In this document: positions 46,501 to 57,595 of the stretch, in pieces
Numbering within the stretch: the stretch's first letter is position 1
Layout: the number at the start of each line of letters is the position of its first letter
Notes under the pieces: model-generated
The model's database searches: none
Told to the model about the DNA's origin: nothing
What the model saw: the letters and a program-made list of their open reading frames with translations, nothing else
Assembly (NCBI GenBank): GCA_036273755.1
Contig: DASUGZ010000172.1
Span: 4,122-68,121 of the forward strand
Direction: 5' to 3'
From: Pseudolabrys sp.
Lineage (GTDB): Bacteria > Pseudomonadota > Alphaproteobacteria > Rhizobiales > Xanthobacteraceae
Length of the DNA stretch: 64,000 bases
Made by a program: the position numbers and the translations under genes

Positions 46501-48443
46501 GCCTGGGAATCGGTCAAGCGCCACTTCCGCGAGATGGACGTTAACATCCACGAGACGCCGTTCACCTGCGTCGGTGTCGGCGATATGTCGGGCGACGTGT
46601 TCGGCAACGGCATGCTGCGCGAAGAAACCACCAAGCTCTTGGCAGCCTTCGATCACCGCGACATTTTCATCGACCCCGATCCCGATCCGGCCAAGGCCTT
46701 CGCTGAGCGCAAGCGGTTGTTCGATCTGCCGCGTTCGAGCTGGCAGGACTATGACAAATCGCTGATCTCCGAAGGCGGAGGCGTCTATCCGCGGTCGTCC
46801 AAGGAAATCCGGCTCAGCCCTGCGGCGCAGAAACTTTTTGGTGTGCCCGAAGCCGTCACGCCGCAGGAGCTGATGAAGACGATCCTGAAAGCGCAAGTCG
46901 ATCTGCTGTTCTTCGGTGGCATCGGCACCTACGTCCGCTCGTCGCACGAGGGCGACGAAGCTGCGGGCGATCGCGCCAACGATGCCATCCGCATCACCGG
47001 CGCCGATCTGCGCTGCAAGGTGATCGGCGAGGGGGCCAATCTCGGCATGACCCAGCGCGGCCGCATCGAGGCTGCGCTTTCCGGTATCCGACTCAATACC
47101 GACGCCATCGACAATTCCGCAGGCGTCAATACTTCCGACGTCGAGGTCAATATCAAGATCGCGTTGAGCCGCCCGCTGCGCGCCGGCGCGCTGACCATGG
47201 AGGCGCGCAACGCACTTCTTGCCGAGATGACCGACGAAGTCGCGCGGCTGGTCTTACGCAACAACTATCAACAGAGCCTGGCGCTGTCGCTGGCGCAGCG
47301 GCGCGGGCTGGAGGACCTCGGTTTCCAGTCGCGCCTGATGCAGACACTGGAGCAGCGCGGCGAACTCGACCGCGCCGTGGAATTCTTGCCCGACGAGATG
47401 GCGCTCGCCGAGCGGCGCAAGCGCAATCTCGCGCTGACGCGGCCGGAACTCGCGGTGCTGCTCGCCTATGCCAAGCTGTCGCTCTACAAGGAACTTCTGG
47501 ACTCCGCAGTGCCAGACGACCCCTATCTCGGCCGCGAGCTCGAGCGTTATTTCCCCAAGGAAATGTCGCAGCGCTACGACGAAGCTTTGCATCACCACCG
47601 GCTGCGGCGCGAGATCATCGCCACCCAGCTCACCAACTCGATGATCAACCGCGGCGGCGCCACATTGATCGTACGCATCGCCGACCAGACCGGTGCATCG
47701 GCCGCGGCAATCGCCGCCGCTTTCGCGGCGGTGCGCAACAGCTACGATCTGATCGCGCTCAATACCGAGATCGACGCGCTCGACAACAAAGTTACCGGCG
47801 ACACGCAGCTTGCGCTGTACGCCGCCGTGCAAAACCTGTTGCTCGACCGAGTGGTCTGGTTCCTGCGTAACGTCGACCTCAAGCAGGGGCTGGAAACCGT
47901 CATCGCGCACTACCACGACGGTATCGCGCAGGTGGCGGCGGCGCTCGACGGCGCGCTGTCGAAGCCGGCCGCGGCCGCGTGCGCTGCACGCGAAGCCGAA
48001 TTCACCAGAGCCGGCGTGCCGCAGATACTGGCGCGCCGCATCGCCAGCCTCGACGTGCTCAAGGCCGCGCCCGATATCGTGCTGGTGGCGGATCAGAGCA
48101 AGAAGCCGGTCGCCGAGGTGACCGCGACCTATTTCGCCAACGAGGCCTTCTTCCAACTCGACCGCGTCATTGGCGCCGTGCCGGGTATCGCGGTGGCGGA
48201 TTACTTCGATCGCCTGGCGCTCGACCGCGCGCTCGATTCGATCGGCGACGCGGAGCGGCGGCTTACCGCAGCGATGGTCGGCAATGGATTTGCCGGCGCC
48301 AGCGCGGTGGAGGAATGGATCAAGCCGCGCCAAGCCGAAGTCGAACGCATCCGCTCGGCGATTCATGAAATCGCCGGCTCGGGGCTGACGCTGTCGAAGC
48401 TGTCGGTGGCGGCGAGCCTGCTGGGCGATCTGGCGCGGACAAA

Positions 48444-48447
<4 letters not shown>
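43588..48447 (+). CDS. NAD-specific glutamate dehydrogenase, large (~180 kDa) class
   Basis: 1619 aa. The catalytic core reads [49 protein letters not shown] and [11 protein letters not shown]. Length and architecture are typical of the GdhZ/Gdh4 family. Confidence 0.95.
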
Positions 48448-50036
<1,589 letters not shown>

Positions 50037-50111
50037 GTGCGAGGGGCTAGCACAGGAAGCGGGCCGAAGTGTATGCGGGATTTCCCCGCTTTTGCCGGGC
50101 ATCCACAGTGA

Positions 50112-51869
50112 TTACAGCGGCAATTCCGGTTCGTCCGCCCGCTCCGGCCGGGCGCCCGGCGCCGGCGGGGTATGGCGGAAACTCCAACGCACCTTCCTCT
50201 CGCTGCGGGCGTGGCCGTAAATCACGATCTGGACGGTCCGGCGCGGGCCGTCCGGCGCGGACAGGAACACGCTCTCCTCGATGCGCGCGCCTTGCTCGCC
50301 AAAGCTGGTGAAAGTCCACACCTCGCGGTCGGGCAGCAGCAGGATCACGCCGCGGCCATCCGCCAGCCGGTTGGCCTTGATCGAGGGATGCAGGTGAAAT
50401 CGGACGGCGAATTCGTCGCCTTTGTCGACCGGCAAAATGTCGCCTGTGGCCGGCATGAAGCTATCTTCGCCTTCGAGCGCGCGGCCGTCGGACGCGAGCT
50501 GCAGCGCGCGGTGATGGATCACGGCAAAGCCGTCGGCATAACCATCGTGCGAGGCGGCGAGGGTGGTTCCGTCAGGCGAGTCGCCACGTGTCACCGGGAC
50601 GTTGCGCGGCCCGGTGACGACCGGTGCGCCGAACAAGAGCCGCCGCAAAAGTCGCGATTCGATGAAGCGGCATGATGAGGCGTCATTGAAGGTCACGGTC
50701 GAATGCGCGGCCGTGGCGCGGGCCACCGGCCGCCAATTTTCCTTGTTCACCGCCGGCAAACCGCAATTGACCACCAGCCGCTGCTGCTTCCATGACAGCT
50801 CGAAGGCGAGGCAGCCGGCGTGCGCCTCCTGGCTCATGGGGAGCGGCGGCGGCCGGCCGGTATCCATCACCACGGCGGTCGCGCCCGCCTCGATGCGCTG
50901 ATAGCCGGAATGCGACGCGTTCGACAGCGGCGCGCCGCGCGCGTCGTCATAGGCGAGCACGGTGGCGAGCAGATCGACCGGCGTCGGCCCCATGCCGTTG
51001 AACAGCGCGAAATTGCCGTCGCCGTGGCGGAAAAACCGTTGCATCGGCATCATGCGGTCGATGGCATTGTTGAGCGCCTGCGGCGGCTGCAAATGGCGCG
51101 CGGAAAATAGCTGACGCAGCGGGAGCAAATCGACCAGCACCTCGACCAGCGCGCCGGGGTTGCGGCTGACGTGGCCGCCGTCGTGCAGGATCTGCGTGCG
51201 CAATTCTTCAATCAGGCGGCGGGCGTTGCCACGCAGCTTGCCGGACTGGCCCTGCATGCATAGCGAGGCGTAATTGAGCGCGATCAGCGCCTGCAGCCGC
51301 GGCAATCCGTCGCGCGATTGCTTCACTGTGCCGCGCAGGCAGCGCACCTGTCGCGACAGGCTACGCAGAAAGCGGCGGTAAAAGCGCGCGTCGGCGTCCT
51401 GCAGAATGAACGGCGCCTGGCTGAGCCAACTGACGATGCGGCGCGACAGGATGTCGACGCGCCAGCCGAGCGGATGCCAGCCTCCCTGCAAGTTGATCCA
51501 GTCATCGATCAGCGAGCGCGCATTGGCGCGCGTGATGGCGCTGTCGGCTGCGCGGAGATGGCGCAACCAGGCGAACGACAGCAACATCACGGCCCATTCG
51601 TCCGACGGCGGCGCCATTTCAAAGGGCGAGCGGCGGTCGCAGACCACGACTTTGCCGGCGAAGGCGAAATGGCCCGCATAGATTTCAGCGGCGCGCGTGG
51701 CGTCAGCGGTGCGCAGATCCTGCGGCGCGATGATCAGCCGGTCGGTTTTGGCGGAGCTGAAACGCCAGCGCAAAAGTGGCTGCGTGCTGATGGCGCCGAC
51801 CAGACAACGGAACGCGCGGCGCGCGACGAGCATGAAGATGCGCAATCGCTCCCCGACGGACACCCTCAT
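50112..51869 (-). CDS. heparinase II/III-family protein
   Basis: Start tentatively ATG 51869. The ~585-aa protein has the region AEIYAGHFAFAGKVV...WLRHLRA...GWHPLGWRVDILSRRIVSW, typical of the heparinase II/III-like proteins found in Rhizobiales. Confidence 0.75.
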   Translation of the reverse strand: MRVSVGERLRIFMLVARRAFRCLVGAISTQPLLRWRFSSAKTDRLIIAPQDLRTADATRAAEIYAGHFAFAGKVVVCDRRSPFEMAPPSDEWAVMLLSFAWLRHLRAADSAITRANARSLIDDWINLQGGWHPLGWRVDILSRRIVSWLSQAPFILQDADARFYRRFLRSLSRQVRCLRGTVKQSRDGLPRLQALIALNYASLCMQGQSGKLRGNARRLIEELRTQILHDGGHVSRNPGALVEVLVDLLPLRQLFSARHLQPPQALNNAIDRMMPMQRFFRHGDGNFALFNGMGPTPVDLLATVLAYDDARGAPLSNASHSGYQRIEAGATAVVMDTGRPPPLPMSQEAHAGCLAFELSWKQQRLVVNCGLPAVNKENWRPVARATAAHSTVTFNDASSCRFIESRLLRRLLFGAPVVTGPRNVPVTRGDSPDGTTLAASHDGYADGFAVIHHRALQLASDGRALEGEDSFMPATGDILPVDKGDEFAVRFHLHPSIKANRLADGRGVILLLPDREVWTFTSFGEQGARIEESVFLSAPDGPRRTVQIVIYGHARSERKVRWSFRHTPPAPGARPERADEPELPL

Positions 51870-51962
51870 GAAGACGCTCGTTCCCTGCGGCGCGTCTGAT
51901 TCTCGCGCTCGTTCCATACGATAGCGAAGGGTCGCCAAAGCTCCAATACGCGATTACCGCCG

Positions 51963-53315
51963 CTACGTTTTTCGGACGAGGCGAGCGGCGTAAAAGCCGT
52001 CGAGCCCGCCCCAACGCAGGTCGGAATCGGGCAATTGCGGCGGCAACGTGCGCAGATCGCCATCGCGATTCAGGAACTCGGTGTGACCGGCGACCTCTCG
52101 CGCTGCAACAGGCGCGCGGGCGACGCGTTGATCGCGCGCCAACAAGGCGGCGATCTGCTCTTCGGATTCCTCCGGCTCGAGCGAGCAGACGCAATAGACC
52201 AAGGTACCACCCGGCTTGAGCAAGTCGATGGCGCGGTCGAGCAACCTTTGTTGCAGTGAGGTGAGCGCGGCGATGTCGACTTCGCTCTTGAGCCAGGGGA
52301 TGTCGGGATGGCGACGGATGGTACCGGTCGCTGAGCAAGGCGCATCGAGCAACACGGCGTCGAAGGGGCCGCCATCGGACGATTCAGGTTGCCACTCCAG
52401 GGCGTCGGCGGCGACGATGCCCGCGCGCAATTCTAGCCGGGTCAGATTCTCGCGCAGCCGGCCGAGCCGCGCCGGCGAGCGGTCGATCGCGGTGACGCGG
52501 GCGCCGGAGCACGCGAGCTGCGCGGTCTTGCCGCCGGGTGCGGCGCACAGATCGGCGACGGTCTTGTCGCGCACCTCGCCGAGGAGACGGGCGGGCAGCG
52601 AGGCGGCGGCATCTTGCACCCACCATGCGCCTTCGCGGAAACCGGGCAGCAGCGAGATCGCGCCCTGCGCCAGCGTTCGTACGGTGCCGGTTGGCAGGAC
52701 GCGTCCGTGCACGTGCTCGGCCCAAGATTCAGGATCGGATTTGACGGTGAGGTCGAGCGCCGGCTCGTGGCCGTTGGCCTGCGCAATCGCGCGTGCGGTG
52801 TCTGCGCCATAATGTTTGCTCCAACGCGCCAGCAGCCATTGCGGTGTGTCGCGTACAGCAGAGTCCGAAATGCCTGCGTCACGGCTCTGCGCGACGCGGC
52901 GCAAGACCGCGTTGATCAGCCCCGCATAGCGCGCGGCGCGTCGGTCGGCCTGTGCGAGGCGCACTGACAGGTCGACGGCGGCATGGTCGGGCACTTCCAG
53001 CCATAGGATTTGGGCGGCGCCGATCAGCAGAATGGTTTCCGCGCGCGGCGCGTCGGCGGGAAAACCTTTGTCGAGAAATCCGCCAAGCAGATGGCGCAAC
53101 GTGCCGAGGCGCCGCAGCACGGTCGCGGCAAGCCGCCGCATCAAGGCGCGGTCGCGCTCGGCGAGCGTCGGCAGGCCGGGGTGCGCGGCCTTGCCTGAGA
53201 GTTGCTCGTCGAGAGCAATTCTGCGCCGCAAGACGCCGTCGAGAATATCGGCAGCGATCCTTCGGGCGGCGAGGCCGGGAACTTCCGGCTGGGGGGAGAT
53301 GCGCGGTCGCGCCAT
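51963..53315 (-). CDS. rsmB: 16S rRNA (cytosine967-C5)-methyltransferase RsmB/Sun family
   Basis: 450 aa. It has an NusB-like N-domain. The SAM motif is DLCAAPGGKT. The catalytic Cys motifs are LLDAPCSATG and LVYCVCSL. Confidence 0.9.
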   Translation of the reverse strand: MARPRISPQPEVPGLAARRIAADILDGVLRRRIALDEQLSGKAAHPGLPTLAERDRALMRRLAATVLRRLGTLRHLLGGFLDKGFPADAPRAETILLIGAAQILWLEVPDHAAVDLSVRLAQADRRAARYAGLINAVLRRVAQSRDAGISDSAVRDTPQWLLARWSKHYGADTARAIAQANGHEPALDLTVKSDPESWAEHVHGRVLPTGTVRTLAQGAISLLPGFREGAWWVQDAAASLPARLLGEVRDKTVADLCAAPGGKTAQLACSGARVTAIDRSPARLGRLRENLTRLELRAGIVAADALEWQPESSDGGPFDAVLLDAPCSATGTIRRHPDIPWLKSEVDIAALTSLQQRLLDRAIDLLKPGGTLVYCVCSLEPEESEEQIAALLARDQRVARAPVAAREVAGHTEFLNRDGDLRTLPPQLPDSDLRWGGLDGFYAARLVRKT

Positions 53316-53477
53316 GAGTCTATCTTTGCCACGAATTGTGGCTGGCGCGCGAACCGGCCAGAAAAAACCTCACTGGTACACAAGTTTAACCCTTAGTCGC
53401 CTATGCGACACGGGGAGCATAAAAGCAGCCGATCGCCTCCAGATTGGCCTGGCGAATCGCCCGCGAACAACCGGGCC

Positions 53478-53984
53478 TCAACGCTCGACTACAACCGGAG
53501 TTCCGACGTTGACCAGGCGATAGAGCTCGCGGATGTCGGCGTTGTACATACGGATGCAGCCGTGGGAGACGAAGCCGCCGATCAGCTCCGGACGGTTGGT
53601 GCCGTGGATGGCATATTCGCCGCCGCGCAAAGTGAGCGCGGCTGCGCCCATCGGATTGTTCGGTGCGCCACCGGGAATGACGTGGGGCAGGCGCGGATTT
53701 TCAGCGCGGATCGACGGCGGCGGTGCCCAGGCTGGCCGCACGAATTTGCCTTCGACGCGGGCGTGGCCACTCCACGTCATGCCGGCTTTGCCGACGCCGA
53801 CTGGGAAGCGTAGCGCACGGCCGTGGTCGATCACGTAATAGAGCCGCCGCTCTTGCGTCTTCACAACGATGGTACCGGGCGTGAAGCCGGAAAAGCCGAC
53901 CACCTCGTGCGCGGCACGGGACGGCGTTGCAGCGAATAGCGCCACTGTCATCACGACCGCAAAAAGTGCCGCACGCTGAAACAT
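53478..53984 (-). CDS. L,D-transpeptidase (YkuD) with signal peptide
   Basis: Start refined to ATG 53984 (MFQRAALFAVVMTVALFAATPSRA). The catalytic motif is YAIHGTNRPELIGGFVSHGCIRM. Confidence 0.85.
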   Translation of the reverse strand: MFQRAALFAVVMTVALFAATPSRAAHEVVGFSGFTPGTIVVKTQERRLYYVIDHGRALRFPVGVGKAGMTWSGHARVEGKFVRPAWAPPPSIRAENPRLPHVIPGGAPNNPMGAAALTLRGGEYAIHGTNRPELIGGFVSHGCIRMYNADIRELYRLVNVGTPVVVER

Positions 53985-54087
53985 CGGAGCGACCTCGAGC
54001 GCGTTGAACACTCAGACATTATAAGCGGCGCGCGTGCGGCTTCGGGCGAAACTTCGAAATAGCGTAAAGATTGAATGATCGGTCGGT

Positions 54088-55359
54088 CTAGCCGGCCTCT
54101 ACTGCCGGCATCGTGCGCCAGATGGCGGCGGCGGCCAGCAGGGTTGCCGCGCCAAGCAGTAAAAACAGCGTCGGCACTGTCACGCCGAATTTCTGCATGA
54201 TGGCGGTCGCAATGGTCGCGACGGTCATGAATGCGGCGTTGAGCACGTTGACGGCGGCGACCGTGCGCGCGCGATATGCAGCGCCGGCCCAGGCCTGTAC
54301 CGCGGCGAAAGCGGGGACAATGAATAGCCCGCCGGCACTCGCCATGCCGGCAAGGTCGATCGCCGCGTGAATCCCGAGCGCGGATGCAAAAACCAGCCCG
54401 GGTGCCCGCGTTTCCGGCGCGGGCGCGGTGCCGTAGATGGTCAAGCCGAGATCCAGCGCGAAGCCGCCGAGCAGCAAGGCGCCGGCAAGGGTCGTGTTGA
54501 GTACGATGCGGCCACGCGCAATCGCCGCCGCGAGTCCCGAGCCGACGCCGACCGCGATCGAGAACAGCGCGAGATAGGCAGTGACAGTATCCTCATTGCC
54601 GCCGATGATCGTTTTGATCAGCGGCGGCAGCAATGACAGCACCACAATCCCAGCGAGCCAGAACCAGCTCGTCACCATGGCGCCCCACCATAGCCGCGGG
54701 TCGGCGCGCAAATGCCGGATCATGGCCGCTGTCGAGGCAGCGATGTTGGCGGTGATCGTGAGCTGTGGCGCACCTTCGCCGCTTGCCGGAATCAACAGCG
54801 CCGAGAGCCAGCACGCGAATGAAAAACCCATCACCAGCGCCGCGAATGGCGCCACATCGCCGCCTCGCGCCGCCAGTCCACCCACGATGGTGCCCGTCAG
54901 AATGGCGATGAAGGTTGCACCTTCGACCAGCGCGTTGCCGGCCGGCAATTGCTCGCGATGCAAGTGGTCGGGCAGGATGCCGTACTTGACCGGTCCAAAC
55001 AGCGACGCCAGCACGCCGAACCCAAACAGCGCGGTATAGAGGACCGGCAGCGAGCCGCGGGCGTAGCCAGCGACCGCGAGGCCGGCGACGAAGATCTCGA
55101 TAAATTTAATCCACTGCGCAACGCGCGCCTTGTCATAGCGGTCGGCCAATTCGCCGCCGAGCGCGGACAGGAAGAAATACGGCGCGATGAAGATCGCGCT
55201 TGCCAGCGTGATCAACGCTTCCGCGTCGGCCGCGCCGGATCGGAACAGAATCAGGAACACCAGCGCAGTTTTGAGAAAATTGTCGTTGAATGCCGCGAAG
55301 AACTGGCAGGCGAACAATGGCGCGAAGCGCCGGGATAAGAGGAGGAACGACGGCATCAC
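54088..55359 (-). CDS. MFS transporter (LplT-like lysophospholipid transporter family suspected)
   Basis: 423 aa, 12 predicted TM segments. The N-terminus is RRFAPLFACQFFAAFNDNFLKTALVFLI and the MFS loop is GGELADRYDK. The start is GTG 55359 (ATG at 55356). Confidence 0.85.
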   Translation of the reverse strand: MMPSFLLLSRRFAPLFACQFFAAFNDNFLKTALVFLILFRSGAADAEALITLASAIFIAPYFFLSALGGELADRYDKARVAQWIKFIEIFVAGLAVAGYARGSLPVLYTALFGFGVLASLFGPVKYGILPDHLHREQLPAGNALVEGATFIAILTGTIVGGLAARGGDVAPFAALVMGFSFACWLSALLIPASGEGAPQLTITANIAASTAAMIRHLRADPRLWWGAMVTSWFWLAGIVVLSLLPPLIKTIIGGNEDTVTAYLALFSIAVGVGSGLAAAIARGRIVLNTTLAGALLLGGFALDLGLTIYGTAPAPETRAPGLVFASALGIHAAIDLAGMASAGGLFIVPAFAAVQAWAGAAYRARTVAAVNVLNAAFMTVATIATAIMQKFGVTVPTLFLLLGAATLLAAAAIWRTMPAVEAG

Positions 55360-55402
55360 GGCTAGTGTTGCAAAGTTCCTCCGCCCGGTCGCGCCCTTTG
55401 TG

Positions 55403-55432
55403 CAATAAAAATGGGCGGCCCAAGGGCCGCCC
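55403..55432 (-). terminator. strong rho-independent terminator between the micro-ORF and the MFS gene
   Basis: The minus strand reads GGGCGGCC-CUUG-GGCCGCCC followed by AUUUUUAUU. It ends 44 nt upstream of the MFS start codon. Confidence 0.7.
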
Positions 55433-55471
55433 AGTAGGGTCGCTTCAGACAGGACTCAAGCAGATGCAAAC

Positions 55472-55573
55472 CTACAAGCGGAATTTCCCGCCATTGACGG
55501 AGTCCACGACAATTGCCGCCGTGGTAAGCGCGATGGCTATCATGGCGGTAACGGCAAACAGCGAAGTCCACAT
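55472..55573 (-). CDS. 33-aa hydrophobic micro-protein (hypothetical)
   Basis: It is too short for the ORF track. The ATG is preceded by GAGGAGG (55581-55587) with a 7-nt spacer. The translation MWTSLFAVTAMIAIALTTAAIVVDSVNGGKFRL forms a single TM helix. It is followed by the terminator above. Confidence 0.45.
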   Translation of the reverse strand: MWTSLFAVTAMIAIALTTAAIVVDSVNGGKFRL

Positions 55574-55845
55574 GGCGTAGCCTCCTCGTTGGCGCGAAGC
55601 GCGCGGGGAAGTCTGGCCGTCCAAACGCGGGCCAGCGTTTTTCGTTCCCTGGTTTCAGGGCCGGCATGGCAATTTTTGGTGACTAACCGGTATGCAAAAC
55701 CCGTAAGCTTCCTGAGCAATAATGCAGGAAAATTGAGCGAACGTTGCGGAAATGGCTGAGCTAACGCCGATTTTCAACGACCGTGCAATTGCTGGGGAAC
55801 CGGCGGACAATGGGAGCCGCGCGCCGAAACCTTGGGGAAGGCGGG

Positions 55846-55920
55846 TGGTGCCGGCGGAGGGATTTGAACCCCCGACCACCCGCTTACGAAGCGGATGCTC
55901 TACCGCTGAGCTACGCCGGC
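55846..55920 (-). tRNA. tRNA-Thr (anticodon CGU)
   Basis: A 75-nt cloverleaf lies on the minus strand. The acceptor is GCCGGCG/CGCCGGC. The anticodon arm is TCCGC-TTCGTAA-GCGGG and the T arm is GGGGG-TTCAAAT-CCCTC. The CCA is encoded. Confidence 0.95.
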
Positions 55921-56032
55921 GACGCGCAAGACCCCGAAACGTGCCAATCGGTATTCGGCCGAGATTATGCGCAAAGGCTTAAAGTGCGCCACTAGTATCG
56001 GCGCGGGCTCCGAATAGCAATACGCGAAGGGC

Positions 56033-57595
56033 TTATCGAAATAGCTGCTTAAGGCGCTCCCAGGGGGCGAGCGGCGGCGCCGTGGGCTCGGGCATCGGGT
56101 CGGCTTCGAGCGCCGAATCCGGGCCTGGATCGTCAGGGACGTGCACCAGCGGGATGACCGGCTCGACCGGCTTATCCTTGGCCGCAGATTTGGCGGCAGG
56201 CTTCTGCGCTTTGCGCGGCGCTTCCGGCTCGGTCTGCGGAGCAGCCGGTTCCTCCGCTGCCGCAACCACAGCAACCAGGTCTGTGACCTGCGGCGGCAGC
56301 GCGGCCTCGATGACCGGGCGCACCACGCCGATCTCCGCCAGCGGTACCTTCCAAATGTAACCGTCGAGCCGCCCATTCGGCGAAATCGGCTGCCAATGCT
56401 CGGACACAGTGCCGTCCGCGGTCCACATCGGATCGCCGGAGGCGCGCATGGCGCGCGCCATCCATTCGCGCACCCGGCCTTCGTCGCCGTGTTCGGCCTC
56501 TTCGATCTCCGCCATCAACGTGGCGATACGTTGTGTCGGCGTCTCGAGAAAGGGCGCGAGTGCGGCGCGCGCCGCGGCGAAATCGCGTGCGTCGAGCGCG
56601 ATGCGCGCCACGGCAATCGCGCCTTCGATGTTTCCCGGCGCAAGATCGGTAAGTTTCTGAACGCGACCAAGCCGTTCACGCGCGCTGTCGCCGAGCCGCA
56701 GATCGGCATAGGCCTCGGCGAGGTCGGGGTGCGGATTGGCGGCCCAGGCGCGCTCCAGGATTCGCCGCGCCTTGCGCAACTCGCCCGCTTCGGCGAGCCG
56801 CCGCCCGGCGAGCGCCGCCGCCGGCACCAAGTCGGGTGCGAGCTTAACGGCTTCCAGAACCGCGCTGCGCATGGTGTCATGGTCGCTGTCGCCGAGCGCA
56901 AGCGCGGTGAGCAGCACTGCGCGCTTGCGGCGATAGTTAGGCCTTTCCAGCGTCGGCTTTATGCGCTCGAGCGCATCGAGCGCGCCGGCCCAATCGGCGG
57001 CAGCACAGCGATAGTCGAGCACGGCCTGTCCGGCCCACGCCGGCGCCCGCGCGGTCTTACCCGCCTCTTCGGCGGCGAGCCGCGCGGCCAGTGCGTCATT
57101 GCGGCGCTGCGCTTCGATATAAAGGCCGCGCAGACCCAAGAGTTTGGTGTTCTCGCGCCGGGTCATTTCGCGGAAGGCGCGTTCGGCGCCACTATGATCT
57201 CCGCGCATCTGCGCCGATTGCGCCATGAGCAACAGCGCGAGCGGGTCGCCAGGCGACAGCCGGGCCGCTTCCTCGGCGGATTTGCGCGCGCCGTCGAGAT
57301 CGCCAGCGCCGATGGCGATCAGCCCGCGCGAGATCGCGAGATAGCCTTTGACGGCGCGGCGATGACGGAACAGCAGCGACACCTGGTCGGGCGAGCGCAA
57401 GATGGCGCGCACGATGCTCCACAGCGCCATGAGCACAACCACCAGCGCGACGAGCGCCAGCGCGGCGACCATCACCGAGGTTTCGAGGCGATACCCTATC
57501 CAGATAATCGTGACGTCGCCGGGACGGTCGGCGACCCAGACGAAGCCCGCCGCCAATACTGCGACGGCCACCAGAAAGGTGACGACCCGGATCAT
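56033..57595 (-). CDS. hemY: HemY-family (heme biosynthesis-associated) TPR membrane protein
   Basis: 520 aa. Two N-terminal TM helices (MIRVVTFLVAVAVLAAGFVW...) are followed by TPR-like repeats and a Pro/Ala-rich C-terminus. It is the last gene of the hemC-hemD-hemX-like-hemY operon. Confidence 0.85.
   Translation of the reverse strand: MIRVVTFLVAVAVLAAGFVWVADRPGDVTIIWIGYRLETSVMVAALALVALVVVLMALWSIVRAILRSPDQVSLLFRHRRAVKGYLAISRGLIAIGAGDLDGARKSAEEAARLSPGDPLALLLMAQSAQMRGDHSGAERAFREMTRRENTKLLGLRGLYIEAQRRNDALAARLAAEEAGKTARAPAWAGQAVLDYRCAAADWAGALDALERIKPTLERPNYRRKRAVLLTALALGDSDHDTMRSAVLEAVKLAPDLVPAAALAGRRLAEAGELRKARRILERAWAANPHPDLAEAYADLRLGDSARERLGRVQKLTDLAPGNIEGAIAVARIALDARDFAAARAALAPFLETPTQRIATLMAEIEEAEHGDEGRVREWMARAMRASGDPMWTADGTVSEHWQPISPNGRLDGYIWKVPLAEIGVVRPVIEAALPPQVTDLVAVVAAAEEPAAPQTEPEAPRKAQKPAAKSAAKDKPVEPVIPLVHVPDDPGPDSALEADPMPEPTAPPLAPWERLKQLFR

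Noticed and set aside
50037-50111. ZTP (pfl) riboswitch expected upstream of purH
   Set aside because: The 75-nt leader lacks the conserved CCGGGC...CGCCTGGG pseudoknot elements, and I could not fold a pfl-like structure.
55464-55580. 38-codon plus-strand ORF (MQTYKRNFPPLTESTTIAAVVSAMAIMAVTANSEVHMA) overlapping the micro-ORF locus
   Set aside because: It has no Shine-Dalgarno. The opposite-strand 33-codon ORF has a perfect GAGGAGG and a correctly oriented terminator, so the minus-strand reading is preferred.
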